In this document: positions 1 through 8,971 of the stretch, piece after piece | Position numbering within the stretch: position 1 is the stretch's first letter | Layout: every line of letters starts with the position of its first letter | NCBI GenBank assembly: GCA_944383405.1 | Contig: CALWPL010000004.1 | Coordinates: 64,276-128,275, forward strand | Reading direction: 5' to 3' | Source: an uncultured Clostridia bacterium | GTDB lineage: Bacteria > Bacillota > Clostridia > Christensenellales > UBA1242 | Length of the DNA: 64,000 nt | The notes under the pieces: generated by a model | What the model was told of the DNA's origin: nothing | Databases searched by the model: none | What the model saw: the letters and a program-made list of their open reading frames with translations, nothing else | Program-made: the position numbers and the translations under genes

Positions 1-984
1 GTAGTGCTATCTGTAATTTCGCTGTCTTCTCCACCCATAATACCAGCAATAGCAACAGGAGTTCCGTTTGTTGCAATAACCATATTACCTTTTTGTAAAT
101 TTCGCATATTGCCATCAAGAGTTTTAAATTGTAGGTCTTGTTTTAAATTATAAACCTCAATCTTTTTTACAATATCTCCATCAAACGCATGCATTGGCTG
201 CCCAAGTTCTAGCATAATATAGTTTGTTACATCAGCAAGAAAATTTATTCCCCTCATACCACAATAGTAAAGTCTAATTTGCATATTTATCGGAGATTTT
301 TTTCTTGTTATATTTTTCATACAAGCAGTTGTATACCTATAACAGTCAGGACTTTCAACACTTAAATTTATTTTCTTTAAATCTTTAAAATTCTCCTTAC
401 TTTCAACTTCAAGAGGTTTTAATTTTCTTCCAGTCAAAGCGGCAATTTCTCTTGCTATACCATAATGCCCCCAAAGGTCTGGTCTGTTTGTTAGAGATTT
501 ATTGTCTATTTCAAATACAATATCTTCCATATCAATAACTTGCTTTATATCTTGACCAACGACTGCATCTTCATCAAGTTCAACAATGCCACTATGGTCA
601 TCTGATATTCCGATTTCATCTCCACCACAACACATGCCATAACTTTCAACACCTGCAAGTTTTGCCTTTCCTATTTTAACATCTCCTAACTTTGCCCCAA
701 TTTTAGCAAGCGGAGTCAATAGCCCCACTCTAACATTTGGTGCTCCGCATACAATTTGTAAAACTTCATCGCCAGCATCAACTTTAAGTAAATGTAATTT
801 TTTACTGTTTGGAACTTGCTCAACGCTTAAAATTTTACCTACAACAACTCCACTTATATCTTTCCCCTTATATTCAATGCCTTCAACTTCAGCAACTCCC
901 ATTGTGAATTTTGAAATCAATTCTTCAATATTAATTCCATCTAAATCAACAAAATCTTTAATCCAATTAATTGAAACCTTCATT
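1..984 (-). CDS. pheT: phenylalanine--tRNA ligase beta subunit, N-terminal part (gene continues beyond left edge)
   Basis: The minus-strand frame is open from ATG at 984-982 to the window edge. It has no stop in the window, so it is absent from the ORF track. It translates MKVSINWIKDFVDLDGINIEELISKF..., a typical PheT N-terminus, and starts 14 nt after the pheS stop. Confidence 0.9.
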
Positions 985-998
985 TTTCTTCTCCTACG

Positions 999-2024
999 CT
1001 ATTTTATTTTTGCTTGCGACAAAGCCTTTATATTCCCACTATTAAGTAGTCTTATTTCAGTAATATCAAAATCCATCATGGCAAGCCTTGAAAAACCTAA
1101 ACCAAAAGCAAAACCTTGATATTGTTCAGGATCAATTCCACCCATTTTTAAAACATTTGGATGAATCATCCCACATGGGCACAACTCAATCCAACCGCTA
1201 TGCTTACAAACTCTACACCCTTTCCCATCACAATAAGGACACGAAATATCAAGTTCAAAGCCAGGTTCAACAAATGGAAAAAAACCAGGTCTTAATCTAA
1301 CATTAATTTGTTTTCCAAAAACATTAGTCAACATTTCCTTCATGAAATAAATTAAATTAGCCACCGACACATCTTTATCAATCATCATACCTTCTATTTG
1401 AAAGAAAGTATTTTCATGACTTGCATCTAACTCTTCATTTCTAAAACATCTGCCCGGAAAAATTGCTTTTAATGGAGCACCATATTTTTTCATTATCCTA
1501 TTTTGGGCAGCAGAAGTGTGAGTTTTTAAAACTTGTCCATTGTCAAGATAAAAAGTATCCTGCATATCCCTTGCTGGATGATTTTTTGGTATGTTCACAG
1601 CTTCAAAATTATTATATTCAGTTTCAATCTCTTGCCCATCTTCAACCGTAAATCCCATACTTAAAAATATATCAATCAATTTTTCTTGTAAAATTGTAAT
1701 AGGATGCAAACTACCTCTTTTTTTATTTGAAGGAATAGTTAAATCAACAAACTTAGTATTATCAATTCTGTCTTGTATCTTCTTTTTTGCAAACTCTTTT
1801 TCTTTTTCGTTCATTAAAGATTGTAGTTCTTGCTTTAAATTATTTATTGCCATGCCAAATGATTTTTTTTCTTCATTTGGTATATCTTTCATTTGCTTCA
1901 TTAATTCTGTTACTTTGCCATTTTTACCTAAATAGTTTTGATAAAAACTCCCTAATCCTTCTTTATTGTTTACACAACTCAAATCTTGCTTTGCTCTTAC
2001 TAAAACTTCGTCTAATTTCTCCAT
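999..2024 (-). CDS. pheS: phenylalanine--tRNA ligase alpha subunit
   Basis: 341 aa with class II aaRS motifs (FRNEELDASHENTFFQIEG, GFAFGLGFSRLAMM). It is followed by pheT and preceded by a Phe T-box leader. Confidence 0.95.
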   Translation of the reverse strand: MEKLDEVLVRAKQDLSCVNNKEGLGSFYQNYLGKNGKVTELMKQMKDIPNEEKKSFGMAINNLKQELQSLMNEKEKEFAKKKIQDRIDNTKFVDLTIPSNKKRGSLHPITILQEKLIDIFLSMGFTVEDGQEIETEYNNFEAVNIPKNHPARDMQDTFYLDNGQVLKTHTSAAQNRIMKKYGAPLKAIFPGRCFRNEELDASHENTFFQIEGMMIDKDVSVANLIYFMKEMLTNVFGKQINVRLRPGFFPFVEPGFELDISCPYCDGKGCRVCKHSGWIELCPCGMIHPNVLKMGGIDPEQYQGFAFGLGFSRLAMMDFDITEIRLLNSGNIKALSQAKIK

Positions 2025-2039
2025 TTTTTATCCCTCATT

Positions 2040-2348
2040 GTTAATTTTGCCTTAATTTATCCCCATAAATTTAAAAAAACACCCTAAGAAAAGTCTTAGG
2101 GTGAAGCATTAACTCCACGGTACCACCTAATTTTGATTGTTCCCAATCCTCATTTCTTGCTATAACGGGCAACCCCGTCCTAATCTACTACTACTTCAAA
2201 AAGGAAGCTAGAAAGTGAATTCGCCTTGTTTCATTCAATAAACCTTTTTCAGCAACACTTTTAAAAGGAAGGTTCTCTCTGTATTGAAAGTAATGCTAAG
2301 CATTTCCAAAGTTACTAGTCTTTCATAATCGCTTTTTATTATTAAGAC
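2040..2348 (-). promoter_or_regulatory. T-box riboswitch leader (Phe specifier) controlling pheST
   Basis: The minus-strand leader contains an AGAGA box and a candidate specifier GAA-UUC-A. The conserved T-box sequence AAUUAGGUGGUACCGUGGAG (plus-strand ccacggtaccacc at 2115-2127) overlaps a terminator hairpin CACCCTAAGA/TCTTAGGGTG followed by U7 (2073-2103). Confidence 0.85.
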
Positions 2349-2354
2349 AACAAT

Positions 2355-2382
2355 ATTTTAGCAATTATTTTTAATTTGTCAA
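2355..2382 (-). promoter_or_regulatory. sigma-A type promoter for the pheST T-box leader
   Basis: On the minus strand: TTGACA (2382-2377), 16 nt spacer, TGc-TAAAAT (extended -10, 2363-2355). It lies immediately downstream of the yunB stop. Confidence 0.5.
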
Positions 2383-2383
2383 C

Positions 2384-3025
2384 TTATTTATATAAATCCT
2401 TTAAAGAAGTTATATTAAGATAAGTGCTTGGGACTTTGCCTATTATAACACATTCAGAAACTAAATATTTTGTTGAATTTTTTATCTTTTGCGTTTGAAA
2501 TGGTAAAATCAAAGACGCCTGACTCTCTATTACCACATAAATTTTATGAAGAGTTTGATTTATTCCAGCAGATGAAAAACTAGTATAAAAATCACATTTA
2601 ACACTTCCAATTGGATTAACAGATAAATTAATATTGCTTCCCTTCCCAATTAAAAATGAAATTCCAGAAAGTGTTCCTATTGGAATATAAATACCAATAG
2701 ATGACAAATCATTAATTTGATTTTGAGTGTCAAATGCTAAAGAATTTGCTATGCTGTTTATTTTCTGACCATCTGCAATAATAGATGAAATAGTATTATC
2801 ACTATCGTAATTTATATGAATTAAATTTTCATAAGAAAATGTATTAATCTTTGAAATTGCACTATTACTAGCCTCTACTAGCAATTTATTAACTTGCGCT
2901 TCACCATAAGCAATAATTAAAGGATTAGCGATTTTATTAAAATATAAAAAAATTAAAAAAGCAATTAAAAAAATGATGAGTAAAATTAAAAAAAGCCTTT
3001 TTTTACATCTTTTTCTCTTACTCAT
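2384..3025 (-). CDS. yunB: sporulation protein YunB family
   Basis: A Lys/Arg-rich N-terminus plus one TM (MSKRKRCKKRLFLILLIIF...) is followed by a YunB-like core (IYIPIGTLSG, GINQTLHKIYVVIE). The ORF track extends to a GTG at 3073. I prefer the ATG at 3025, but the start is uncertain because neither has a clear SD. Confidence 0.6.
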   Translation of the reverse strand: MSKRKRCKKRLFLILLIIFLIAFLIFLYFNKIANPLIIAYGEAQVNKLLVEASNSAISKINTFSYENLIHINYDSDNTISSIIADGQKINSIANSLAFDTQNQINDLSSIGIYIPIGTLSGISFLIGKGSNINLSVNPIGSVKCDFYTSFSSAGINQTLHKIYVVIESQASLILPFQTQKIKNSTKYLVSECVIIGKVPSTYLNITSLKDLYK

Positions 3026-3115
3026 CTTAAATCTAGCTAAGACATAATCTGATTCTATTTTATCACATTCCACAATAAATATATATTATAAATTCTACAA
3101 AATATGACAAAAAAA

Positions 3116-3487
3116 CTATGATTTTTTACTTCTTGCTCTAAATATTAATGCAAAAACATATCCAAACCCAACAGCAGCCGCTATACCTGCTGCCGTTGCT
3201 GTAAGCCCACCTGTAAAAATCCCAAGTATTCCAACTTCCTTAACAGCCTCCATAGCACCCCTTGCAAGCGAAGCCCCAAAACCTATAATAGGGACAGTAA
3301 TTCCTGCTTTTGCAAATTGTTTTATAGGTTCAAAAAGCATTACAGCCTGCAAAAACACACCAATTAACTCAAATAAAACAAGGATTCTTGCCGATGTCAT
3401 TCTTGTCCTTATTATAAGAATTTGAGCAAGTAAGCAAATTGTTCCACCGACAACAAAAACTATTAAATATTGTAATAACATATCCAT
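3116..3487 (-). CDS. spoVAE: stage V sporulation protein AE (SpoVAEb-type)
   Basis: 123-aa membrane protein with VGGTICLLAQ, ITVPIIGFGASLARGAMEA and TGGLTATAAGIAAA. It closely resembles B. subtilis SpoVAEB and is the last gene of the spoVAC-AD-AE operon. Confidence 0.85.
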   Translation of the reverse strand: MDMLLQYLIVFVVGGTICLLAQILIIRTRMTSARILVLFELIGVFLQAVMLFEPIKQFAKAGITVPIIGFGASLARGAMEAVKEVGILGIFTGGLTATAAGIAAAVGFGYVFALIFRARSKKS

Positions 3488-3509
3488 TTTAATTACTCTC
3501 CTTTACACC

Positions 3510-4523
3510 CTATTTATTACCTTTTTCAACTATAACAGCATGAGCAATTCCTGGAATAGTTTCCCCCTGTTGAGTAGAAGTTGTACTCACAAGTGCCCCT
3601 GTTGACATTAAAATTACTTTTTTATATTCTCCACTATCCAACTTGCTTAAAACATAGGAATTCATTACACTAGCACTACATCCACAGCCGCTGCCACCCA
3701 TAAAACTTTTTTGTGTATTACTAAAAATCATCTGACCACAATCAGCATAATTTTCCCCCATTTTATATCCATAGTTTTCCATAAGGTCAACCATAATTTC
3801 TGAACCGAGTTTACCAAGGTCGCCAGTTATTATTAAATCATAATCGCCAGGACTTGTATTTGTATCTTTAAATAAATTTTTTAAAGTGTCTGCTGCAGCA
3901 GGTGCCATCGCTGCCCCCATATTATTCATATCATTTATACCAAAATCAATAACCTTTCCAAAGGTAACATGTGTTATGTTATGCCCCGTTCCCTCTCTTG
4001 ACACTATTGAACACCCTGCCCCCGTAACAGTCCATTGTGCAGTAGGTGGTCTTTGGCAACCAAGTTCGAGCGGAAATCTGAATTGCCTTTCTGCCGTGCT
4101 AAAATGACTACAAGTCGCACAAGCAACCCTGTTTGCACACTCACCGTCAATTAAACATGCCCCAACCGCTAAACTTTCCGTCATTGTTGAACAAGCTCCA
4201 AACATGCCTATAAAAGATGTTTGAATTTGCCTGGCGGAAAAAGAAGCCGAAATAATTTGATTTAGCAGATCTCCACTCAGCAAAATATCAATATCAGTTG
4301 CAAGTAAGTTTGCTTTATCTATCGCCCCACTAATTGCCTGTTCAAGCATTTTTCTTTCTGCTTTTTCATAAGTTTTTTCATTAAAAGCATCGTTTTTTAA
4401 TATATAGTCAAAATATTTTGCAAGTGGACTTTGACCTTCTTTTGGACCAACGATTGCATAACCACTTATAATCTTTGGTGGTAAAGTAAACCTAATTGTA
4501 TTATCTCCAATTTTCTTTATCAT
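3510..4523 (-). CDS. spoVAD: stage V sporulation protein AD (thiolase-fold, DPA-binding)
   Basis: 337 aa with a thiolase-like pattern (GMFGACSTMTESL, GGSGCGCSA). It sits between spoVAC and spoVAE and has a 4-nt overlap with spoVAC. Confidence 0.9.
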   Translation of the reverse strand: MIKKIGDNTIRFTLPPKIISGYAIVGPKEGQSPLAKYFDYILKNDAFNEKTYEKAERKMLEQAISGAIDKANLLATDIDILLSGDLLNQIISASFSARQIQTSFIGMFGACSTMTESLAVGACLIDGECANRVACATCSHFSTAERQFRFPLELGCQRPPTAQWTVTGAGCSIVSREGTGHNITHVTFGKVIDFGINDMNNMGAAMAPAAADTLKNLFKDTNTSPGDYDLIITGDLGKLGSEIMVDLMENYGYKMGENYADCGQMIFSNTQKSFMGGSGCGCSASVMNSYVLSKLDSGEYKKVILMSTGALVSTTSTQQGETIPGIAHAVIVEKGNK

Positions 4524-4975
4524 AGTAACCCCACAATATAATAAATTAATCCAACTAACATACTAGATACTATTCCAGTAACAATTACAGGACCTGCAAC
4601 TGAAAACATTTTTACACATAATCCAAATATCAAGCCTTCATTCTTAAATTCAACCGCTGGGCTAGCAATAGAATTTGAAAATCCTGTAATAGGGACAATA
4701 GAACCTGCTCCCGCAAACGCCCCAATTCTATCGTAAACTCCAAGTCCCGTTAAGAAAGATGCTAAAAAAATTAGGATAATAAGAGTGTAGGCTTGTACAT
4801 TATCTTTTGATAAACTCGGAAATATTGCAACCAGTGCATCTGATATTCCCTGTCCTATACAGCAAATTAATCCGCCAACTAAAAAAGCCCATAAGAGAGA
4901 TGGAAAAAATTTTGTCTTAGGCAATCTATTTTCCACAAATTTGCTATAAGCCATATTTATTTTATTTTTATCCAT
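4520..4975 (-). CDS. spoVAC: stage V sporulation protein AC
   Basis: 151 aa with LVGGLICCIGQG, GVYDRIGAFAGAGSIVPITGFSNSIASPAVEFKNEGL, near-identical in pattern to B. subtilis SpoVAC. Confidence 0.9.
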   Translation of the reverse strand: MDKNKINMAYSKFVENRLPKTKFFPSLLWAFLVGGLICCIGQGISDALVAIFPSLSKDNVQAYTLIILIFLASFLTGLGVYDRIGAFAGAGSIVPITGFSNSIASPAVEFKNEGLIFGLCVKMFSVAGPVIVTGIVSSMLVGLIYYIVGLL

Positions 4976-5165
4976 TAAAATTACCTCTATAAATTTTTAT
5001 AAATTAACTATTGCCACTTTTTCAAATTTTAATTCAAAAATATTAAAAAATTTTTGCTTAAATAGAATGTCATTTCAATTGTTTCAATAAATTTTTTTTA
5101 TTTTTATAAATAATTTTTAAAATAATAAACACACTAAAATAAACAAAAAGAATTTGGAGGATAAA

Positions 5166-7217
5166 ATGAAAAAATTTTTAGGATTTATATCACTGGCTCT
5201 TATCTGTATATTAATACTTGGCTGTTCAAGCAATAACTCTGCACAGCTTAAACTTGCAAGTCAAAAATTATCTAGTGGACTAGACAAAATGATTTCTCAA
5301 GTAAATAAATTAGAAGATATTGATAACGATAAAATGGAACTAGACTCTTTGCTTGGAGATTCATATTCAAATAGTTATTCACAAAATTACAACAATGAAA
5401 ATGATAATTTATACCAGAATGAAATCAATACTGAAAACACAAGTCTATTAGGACAAAGAAATAAATATCATAGATATATTAATCCAAATTACGAGAGAAG
5501 TAATATGAATGTCTTTGTACCAACTAGTAATAAAATGATAAAAACAACAAATGTCGACTTAAAATTAAAATCTAAACAAATAAATTCATCCAACAATTTA
5601 AGTTTTATTTCAAGCAGTCAAGAAGAAGATTACAATAACCTATATACACTAAGTAACGATTGCAAAAATTTAAGTAATGAGTATTCTTCATCAAAAAAAC
5701 AATTAATTGAAAATTGTAAAACTGCAAAAGATTTGCTCAACAAACTAAAATCGAGTAACAAGCAATTATCAGAAAGCGAATTAAAAACATTAAATAGCTA
5801 CTATGAAGTTATAAATCAATGTACAAGCAATCTAAAATCATGTTCAAGTTGTACAAAAAAAGTAAATAATATAGGCAAGAAAAAAACAAATTTGTCTGCA
5901 AATTATGGTTCACTAAATGCAGATTATCTACAAATTTATAACTCACTTGATTCAAATTGCTGTACTTGTAATAATGCAAATAATAGTGTTGAAGAATTAA
6001 TAAAATTTGTATCAAAATTACTTGGGCAAGAAAATGTGAGCAATAAACAAACAGAAAATCAAAACAATTCAGAAGAAAGTCAAACAAATTTAACTAATAA
6101 TTCAATTAATTCTAGTAACTCAACTAAAAACTCTTATATTAGGAATAACAGATACCTTTCAAACATGAATAATAAAAAATATCAAAATAAAAATATAGGA
6201 CAAAATAACTCATCAAGTAATAATAACTTAAATAAAACAAGCAACTCTACAAAAAATCAAAATATTTATTATACAAAAGACAAAAATATAAGCAATAATT
6301 CATCTAATAAAAACGGTATTGTACAAAATAATGCAGAGAATCAAACAAAAGTTGAAAACACAAATATAAATAATTTTAATAATTATGATAATTTAATTTC
6401 AAACAATACAACTCAAACATTAAATAATTATACTCAAGAAAAAAATAGTTTTGATAATAGCCAAAATTTTAAACAAAATAAATATGAACTAAATAAAGAC
6501 TTTACAAACTATCACACTACAACTTTTAACCAAGAACAAGAAAATATTTTAAATGATATAAATAATATAGAAAATCAAAAAAGAATAGATTATCAAACTC
6601 AGCATGATGATAATACAATAAACAAAAGTGATATTATAAATTCAAGTAATATCAAAGATAATAAAATTAATAATGATATCAACAATATTTCAAGCCAAAA
6701 CAATATAGAAAAAAATAAAAAGATTGAAAATTTTGATACAACTTTAAATCAAGACAAAAACACTAAGAGCAACCAAGAAGAAGTAAATAATCAAACTATT
6801 ACAAATGAAATACAAAAAAATGAAAATATCTTAGAAAATAGTAATCAAGTCAATATAAATGATAAAAATTATAATCTAAATAATAATCAAGATACAACTT
6901 TAATTCAAAATCAAGAAAACAAAAATACAGCATCTCAAACAAAAACTGAAAATCAAAATTTGAACACAAATAAAAATAATAATGGCGATAACAATATAAG
7001 AAAAAGTACTAAAACAACTACAAAAACGAATTCATCAAACAAAAATTCTCAAAGTAATATAATCAGAAAATATAGAAATTCGAACAAAAATAATATAAAT
7101 AGACAACAAAATATTTCAAAAAATCATTATAATAAAACAAACAGACAAAAATTTACTTCAAATAACACAAATATACAGTTAAAACCAAAAAATGTTAGAG
7201 CAAAAATAAGTGCTTAA
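5166..7217 (+). CDS. Asn-rich low-complexity lipoprotein, function unknown
   Basis: A GGAGG sits 6 nt upstream of the ATG at 5166 (the ORF track starts at a TTG at 5154). The signal peptide has a lipobox (MKKFLGFISLALICILILGC|SS). About 280 aa contain 9 Cys, followed by about 400 aa that are extremely Asn/Gln/Lys/Ser-rich. A strong terminator follows. Confidence 0.7.
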   Translation: MKKFLGFISLALICILILGCSSNNSAQLKLASQKLSSGLDKMISQVNKLEDIDNDKMELDSLLGDSYSNSYSQNYNNENDNLYQNEINTENTSLLGQRNKYHRYINPNYERSNMNVFVPTSNKMIKTTNVDLKLKSKQINSSNNLSFISSSQEEDYNNLYTLSNDCKNLSNEYSSSKKQLIENCKTAKDLLNKLKSSNKQLSESELKTLNSYYEVINQCTSNLKSCSSCTKKVNNIGKKKTNLSANYGSLNADYLQIYNSLDSNCCTCNNANNSVEELIKFVSKLLGQENVSNKQTENQNNSEESQTNLTNNSINSSNSTKNSYIRNNRYLSNMNNKKYQNKNIGQNNSSSNNNLNKTSNSTKNQNIYYTKDKNISNNSSNKNGIVQNNAENQTKVENTNINNFNNYDNLISNNTTQTLNNYTQEKNSFDNSQNFKQNKYELNKDFTNYHTTTFNQEQENILNDINNIENQKRIDYQTQHDDNTINKSDIINSSNIKDNKINNDINNISSQNNIEKNKKIENFDTTLNQDKNTKSNQEEVNNQTITNEIQKNENILENSNQVNINDKNYNLNNNQDTTLIQNQENKNTASQTKTENQNLNTNKNNNGDNNIRKSTKTTTKTNSSNKNSQSNIIRKYRNSNKNNINRQQNISKNHYNKTNRQKFTSNNTNIQLKPKNVRAKISA

Positions 7218-7219
7218 TT

Positions 7220-7260
7220 AAAAAAACTCCTAATCAGAAATTAATTGATTAGGAGTTTTA
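7220..7260 (+). terminator. intrinsic terminator after the Asn-rich lipoprotein gene
   Basis: Perfect 11-bp stem ACTCCTAATCA / TGATTAGGAGT (7226-7236 / 7246-7256) with a 9-nt loop, followed by TTT. Confidence 0.6.
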
Positions 7261-7356
7261 AATATATTAAAATTTATTTAAAAAGTATTCTTAATACATT
7301 AAAAAAATTGTTCGCTAAATTTTTAAAAGTAATTTATAATTTATCTAAAAATTTTA

Positions 7357-7385
7357 TTGCAAACTTTTTTTATATATGCTATCAT
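7357..7385 (+). promoter_or_regulatory. sigma-A type promoter for tRNA-Leu
   Basis: TTGCAA (7357-7362), 17 nt spacer, TGc-TATCAT (7380-7385). It lies about 17 nt upstream of the tRNA 5' end. Confidence 0.4.
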
Positions 7386-7401
7386 AATATCGTTGATTTA
7401 T

Positions 7402-7487
7402 GCCGAAGTGGCGGAATGGTAGACGCACAAGACTCAAAATCTTGCGAGAGCAATCTCATGAGGGTTCGAGTCCCTCCTTCGGTACCA
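7402..7487 (+). tRNA. tRNA-Leu (anticodon CAA), CCA encoded
   Basis: Cloverleaf read by eye: acceptor GCCGAAG/CTTCGGT, anticodon arm CAAGA-CTCAAAA-TCTTG, long variable arm, T-arm GAGGG-TTCGAGT-CCCTC, then A-CCA. The 86-aa ORF 7245-7505 over it is spurious. Confidence 0.9.
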
Positions 7488-7493
7488 AAAACT

Positions 7494-7522
7494 CCCTTAG
7501 CATAATGCCTAAGGGCTTTTTT
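7494..7522. terminator. bidirectional intrinsic terminator (tRNA-Leu / SDR gene)
   Basis: Stem CCCTTAG / CTAAGGG followed by CTTTTTT. An A-run upstream provides the U-tract for the convergent minus-strand gene ending at 7538. Confidence 0.75.
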
Positions 7523-7537
7523 ATTAAAAAATAATTA

Positions 7538-8278
7538 TTAAAACATACCCCCATCGATTACAATTATTTGACCATTAATATAACTTGATTTTTCTGAAAC
7601 TAAGAAACTAACTAAATTTGCTACATCACAAGGTTCTCCTATTCTGTGTTTAAGAATTCTTTGACTTTCAAGTTCCTTAATATCATTTGTTAATAAATCT
7701 TTATTCATATCAGTATCTATCCAACCAGGTGCAACGGCATTCACATTTACATAAGGAGCAAATTGAATAGCCAAATTCTTAGTAAGAATATTTAATGCAC
7801 TCTTTGAAGCATCATAATCAATAGTAGTTGGAAAAAAACCATTTATAGAATTATTAGAAGATATGTTTACGATCTTTCCAAATTTATTACTTACCATTTT
7901 ATTGCCAATTATTTTAGATAAGTAAAAAACCCCAAAAAGATTCAAATTAAAAGTCATTTTAAAATCTTCGACCGACCGGTCATTAAATTCTTTATCTATG
8001 CATATTGCAGCATTATTAACAAGTATATCAATTGTATCAAACTTAGAAAAAGTAAATTTGACCAATTGGTCGATTTCTTCTTGTTTAGAAATATCCGCTT
8101 TAAAAGAAAAAACTTCCACATTATATTTTTGCTTTATTACTTCAACTAAATTTTCAGCCTTCTCTTTTGACTTATTATAATTTAATAATAAATTATATCC
8201 ATTACTTGCCAACTCCATTGCAATTGCTTTCCCTATACCTCTACTTGCCCCAGTAATAAGTGCTGTTAATCTTGACAT
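7538..8278 (-). CDS. SDR family oxidoreductase (FabG-like)
   Basis: 246 aa with TGASRGIGKA (cofactor-binding Gly motif), NNAA and YDASKSAL (YxxxK). Confidence 0.8.
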   Translation of the reverse strand: MSRLTALITGASRGIGKAIAMELASNGYNLLLNYNKSKEKAENLVEVIKQKYNVEVFSFKADISKQEEIDQLVKFTFSKFDTIDILVNNAAICIDKEFNDRSVEDFKMTFNLNLFGVFYLSKIIGNKMVSNKFGKIVNISSNNSINGFFPTTIDYDASKSALNILTKNLAIQFAPYVNVNAVAPGWIDTDMNKDLLTNDIKELESQRILKHRIGEPCDVANLVSFLVSEKSSYINGQIIVIDGGMF

Positions 8279-8967
8279 AAAATCTCCTCTAAAACATCGT
8301 CCTTTACTGCATTTAATACTTGTCTTGAAATATCTTCTTTTGACCTAATTTTATTATCTTCAAAACACGAAATTGTTTTAAAATTAAACATTTTTGCAAG
8401 TAACAAGTAAGTATCTTCTGCATTTTTTATATGTTCCTCACTGTTTTCATGCTGATCTCCCAATTCTTTTCTTTTATTTTTTAGTTCCATTGAAAATTTG
8501 TAAGGCATATGCAAAAAAATTGTAAAATCTGGTCGTGGAAGTTTTAAAAAATCATATTCTAACATTTCTATCCATTTTATCATATCAAGTTTTTTATCAA
8601 AATCTTCAATTTTTCCACACTGATGAGCCATATTACTTTCTACATACCTATCAAGAACTACAATATATCCTTCATTTAACTTATCTTTTACCTTATCAAT
8701 ATTATAAAGTCTATCAGCCGCAAAATATAAAGACGCTACTTTTGGGTCAACATTAGCGGCACCTTCACTAAAATAGCCATTTGAAATCCATTCTTTACCA
8801 AGATAAGGCCCGCCAACTATTTTACCTGTTGGCGTATCATACATAGGAAAGCTCATCCCAACACTTTTAACACCTAAATTATTTAGATTTTTTACTAAAA
8901 GTTCTGCTTGTGTTTGCTTTCCTGAGCAGTCTGTTCCTTCAATAAGTATAATTTTACCTTTATTCAT
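8266..8967 (-). CDS. tmk: thymidylate kinase family protein
   Basis: P-loop IEGTDCSGKQTQ and LDRY motif. The likely ATG at 8967 has AAGGA 8 nt upstream, inside the metG end. The ORF track start at 8994 would overlap metG. Confidence 0.7.
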   Translation of the reverse strand: MNKGKIILIEGTDCSGKQTQAELLVKNLNNLGVKSVGMSFPMYDTPTGKIVGGPYLGKEWISNGYFSEGAANVDPKVASLYFAADRLYNIDKVKDKLNEGYIVVLDRYVESNMAHQCGKIEDFDKKLDMIKWIEMLEYDFLKLPRPDFTIFLHMPYKFSMELKNKRKELGDQHENSEEHIKNAEDTYLLLAKMFNFKTISCFEDNKIRSKEDISRQVLNAVKDDVLEEILCQD

Positions 8968-8971
8968 ATTT

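Noticed and set aside
7245-7505. 86-aa ORF
   Set aside because: Its 3' third is the tRNA-Leu gene and the rest is promoter or spacer. It is not coding.
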